A DNA stretch of 64,000 nucleotides from Phoronis australis (Eukaryota > Animalia > Phoronida). Shown piece after piece: positions 61,201 through 64,000 of this stretch. The stretch is from NCBI GenBank assembly GCA_002633005.1, contig NMRA01000026.1, positions 891,073-955,072 on the forward strand. Reading direction: 5' to 3'. The translations under genes and the position numbers were made by a program. The notes below the pieces were generated by a model. That model saw only the letters and a program-made list of their open reading frames with translations, was not told the origin of the DNA and ran no database searches. The stretch's first letter is position 1. The number at the start of each line of letters is the position of its first letter.

Positions 61201-63497
61201 GTGAGCAAATGCAGGCGCAGGCTGCGCATGTTGGCCCATTGCATTGATACCGAGACTTGACTGAAGGACCTAGCAATATGTCCCGGTGGGACTCGAACCC
61301 ACGACCTTGAGTAAAGGAAGCAAACACTTATCCCACAAGGCCACACTGCTTCCTCATACAGCAGAGTAAGATGAACTGATGATGGACTTCACTTTTTGCA
61401 AACAAATGCAAAGCTTGTCAAGACAAACCCTATTTTATTTACAATCTCATAACACAAGAAAAAATCTCTGGAAAAGCTACAATGACCAATACCTGTGTGC
61501 TAATTAAGGACGGCCCAGGTGACCAATTGACATCTGACAACTTAGGACTGATGGCTCTGTACCAGCTGAAATATAATGTTACAGAGTCAGCAAGGGACGG
61601 TACAAACTCAACTTTTAAGTTGCTTATAAGCAAATATGTTGAGTTAAGAACAGCCACTTTCAGCTTAAGAATATTATAAATATCTCATGTAGAAGGTGGA
61701 CTCCAGATGGCAGCAGTTTCCAAATCCAGATATCAAAATGACTCCAGTCCATGGATAACCGTTGCCACACATTTTGGTTCAGAGCCACAGCTTGCATGCT
61801 AATTATCAACCAAGGTTCAAATAGTTACAGAATCCCAATTTAATTAAGAGTATTGTTGCTATGAGGTCATGGTTAATGCAGCATTAGCTCTGCTCCACAC
61901 AAAACTTTGATCAGAGTTCATGATATTGCAGTTCTTATAATTATACAAATCTATTCATGAAGTACAAGGTGTTGTGAAATGGGTCAAGAATCCATTAAAA
62001 CCAAAATTCCAAACAACAATTTAATTGAATATGTCCAGATTTATAAAATTAAAATTTTGTTCTACTACTATTTTGTTATTCATATATAGATGTTGTTTAT
62101 TATTTATTGTTTTATCATCAGCGAATATCGTCTTGAGTACTAACCTTTTGTCTTGCTCAGGTAACAATACAATGCACCTGAGATACGATGGACTAAGGAA
62201 TTTATTTCCTGAACTGACAACTGTATGTTTGTTAAAGCCTCGCACAGCACAATGAAAACCATAGCAACTCATTCAAGTTTTGTAAACGATAAAGTCACCG
62301 ACCGAGCAGATATCAGAATCTAGGACTGCTTCAACAGGAACATGATTTATTGCACTTTGATGTTAGCGATTTCGGCTTGACCCAGCAAAAGCTGTGTCGG
62401 ACTTCAAGGGACGGACGACCAAAGAGAAACTTGTAAGTCAACTATCACAGCCACGAAGTCTTTAAAATGACATGTGACCGAAGTAAGAGCACAATTATAA
62501 CTTTTAATTAGTATGACCAATGGGTACAAATGCCCAACAGGTACACCCATTTACACATGCCCAATGGGTACACACACTCCCAAATGCTCGAGGAGTACAC
62601 ACGCTTACATATGCCCGAGGGCTACAATACACTTACGCTGGGTAGCCTATTAAGTGTTGCACTCTTTTGGGAAGTCGGTCTTTGGTTTGCAGAGCATTCA
62701 CCACAACAGCGTCTAGTTTTGGTTCATCTTCATCTTCAATTAGCTTAATTAGCAAAAACTGAATTTAATTTACAATGCTCGATAAAGATCATTTAGCAAT
62801 GAATATTTTAACTGATAGCACTGGATATCATAATCAAGAACAAGTTGTGTAGATTTTTCACTTCAGTTACTGTTAACCTGACCTGTGCTCCACAAACACA
62901 ACAAACTTGTAAGAACTTGTAACGAGATATCGCCATGCAAATCAAGCGAAAAACATGTGATCAAATTACTTGTGAAATGCTTGCATCTACGACTGCAATT
63001 CTAGTTTGCACCACACATAAGTCGTAAATTAGCCTTGCATCTTGTGTAAATGTTCAGCATTTGCGATCCAACAGAAAGGTGTTGAGTAAATATAAGTAAA
63101 ATCATTTGGGTTCATAAGGTAAGGATCAACATCTGCCTACATTTCTTTCACAATCGCACCAAAATACAAACCATACTTCGCTGTTTCCACTCTCTATCTG
63201 TGAAGATTGCTGATCTGTTGGAGACGGTTATGCCAGAACAAAAAAGACTCTTAAGGGACTGACAGAAGAAAAATTCCTATAAAACTCTTGAATGTGGCAA
63301 ACGAAAAGGTCATTTAATGAAATACAATTTTGAAATTTGCGATAAAAAGACAAGCAAAACCTCCGCCCCAAATACTCACCACATGCTGATCCTGTGATTG
63401 ATCATTACCCTGTGGAATATTGCTTTTGGCCGACTTATTCAACTTGAATGTTTGAGTTTTCCAGTCCTCATTCCATAACCAGGGGTCGTCCAAATAC
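49261..63497 (-). CDS. POLG: Mitochondrial DNA polymerase gamma catalytic subunit, last 13 exons (5' part lies beyond the window)
   Basis: Exons 63497-63380, 62743-62637, 61565-61493, 60269-60121, 59385-59214, 58072-57968, 56489-56278, 55459-55342, 54806-54671, 54357-54251, 53007-52853, 52463-52316, 51846-51595, 50681-50564, 49346-49261 (15 segments as listed; all phase-consistent). Motif [11 protein letters not shown], motif [17 protein letters not shown], motif [10 protein letters not shown]; also [17 protein letters not shown] and [17 protein letters not shown]. Confidence 0.97.
49584..49918. mobile_element. Foldback-like palindromic MITE
   Basis: Termini ACAGAGGTACCATAGAAT / ATTCTATGGTATCCCTGT; long inverted arms built of ATCATRCRTACRAAC-like units. 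Confidence 0.65.
50751..51170. mobile_element. Tc1/mariner-pogo-like MITE
   Basis: TA|CCAGGATTTTCC ... GGAAAATCCTGG|TA; internal TAAACGCCC repeats. Confidence 0.75.
53882..54180. repeat. Minisatellite of ~90-bp units (about 3.3 copies)
   Basis: TAGATGGRGCTGC...ATGCAACAAC...AAGCA recurs, with TAG anchors at 53895, 53988, 54077 and 54165. Confidence 0.8.
58415..58491 (-). mobile_element. tRNA-like relic or SINE head
   Basis: GGTCCCGATAGCTCAGTGG (A box) ... GCGTTTGAGCC (degenerate B box); no intact cloverleaf. Confidence 0.45.
61279..61353 (-). mobile_element. tRNA-derived SINE head
   Basis: A box TGGCCTTGTGG; T-arm GTGGGTTCGAGTCCCAC; no acceptor stem. A related copy lies at 1491-1568. Confidence 0.6.
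62512..62630. repeat. Degenerate ~27-bp tandem repeat abutting a POLG splice donor
   Basis: ATGCCCAA(T/C)(G/A)GGTACAC-like units; this explains ORF 62530 ([18 protein letters not shown]...). Confidence 0.7.
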
Positions 63498-64000
63498 CTG
63501 CGGAAAACAGTCGGACACTGTGACAATTTCATAATGTGCGTGCACTGTTGAGTTTTTGCATCCTATAGCCACAGTGGATACGTAAACCAATCATAGCACA
63601 GTAAAATTTATCAAATTTCGGACAAAAACCATCGCCCAATATGACCTTTTTACATTTTTCAAAGAATTTTAAGTTCAACATTGATGTGAATGATCGTGAT
63701 TTTTCAATAATTTTAGCTGTTGAACGGAACTTGGAGATCGAGTCAATCGTCTAATTTTGTGCAGACATATTTATGAAAAAAACTGACAAAATAAACTTTC
63801 GCTCATCAGACATATTGTGTCATCAAATGGTGAGATTTTACCAGTAACTATAATAGAATACGTCTGTTCGTACCCACGGTAATACATGCACTGCTTGTAT
63901 AAGCTAATGTTAAAACCATCATCCACCAAGCATGCACAAGACTGTGCCAACGCAGTTGTTCATACATCACATGCTCAACTCATGTGACTATTGTCTTGAG

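Noticed and set aside
61279-61353. Functional tRNA gene (also 58415-58491 and ~31965-32010)
   Set aside because: A/B boxes are present but acceptor and anticodon stems do not pair; better explained as SINE heads.
1-64000. Most 60-130-aa ORF-track entries as genes
   Set aside because: They are antisense shadows, exon run-through into introns, or repeat-derived frames without recognisable motifs.

Overview
This is intron-rich animal genomic DNA, probably from a marine invertebrate or lophotrochozoan (inferred from the cyclin B and POLG sequences and the repeat types). Most ORF-track entries are spurious, so genes were rebuilt by hand from GT-AG sites and exon phase. From left to right the window holds: a signal-peptide first exon of a minus-strand gene leaving the window leftwards (10.4-10.5 kb); a CCAAT-rich promoter; a CpG-rich block with three unrecognised genes (a six-exon gene of tiny exons for an 84-aa protein that the ORF track misses, a convergent small gene for a basic tail-anchored protein with a frame-breaking 20-nt exon, and a ~605-aa low-complexity orphan); a decayed L1/Tx1 LINE split by a 1.67-kb TTAA-targeting Kolobok-type element; cyclin B (minus) with exons 3-4 present twice around an assembly N, one copy carrying a young Penelope insertion; a ~390-bp bidirectional CCAAT/CHR promoter shared with a 9-exon coiled-coil/RWD-like (ZWINT-like) gene; and the last 13 exons of mitochondrial DNA polymerase gamma (minus). 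Introns hold many Harbinger, hAT and Tc1-type MITEs and tRNA-derived SINE heads.
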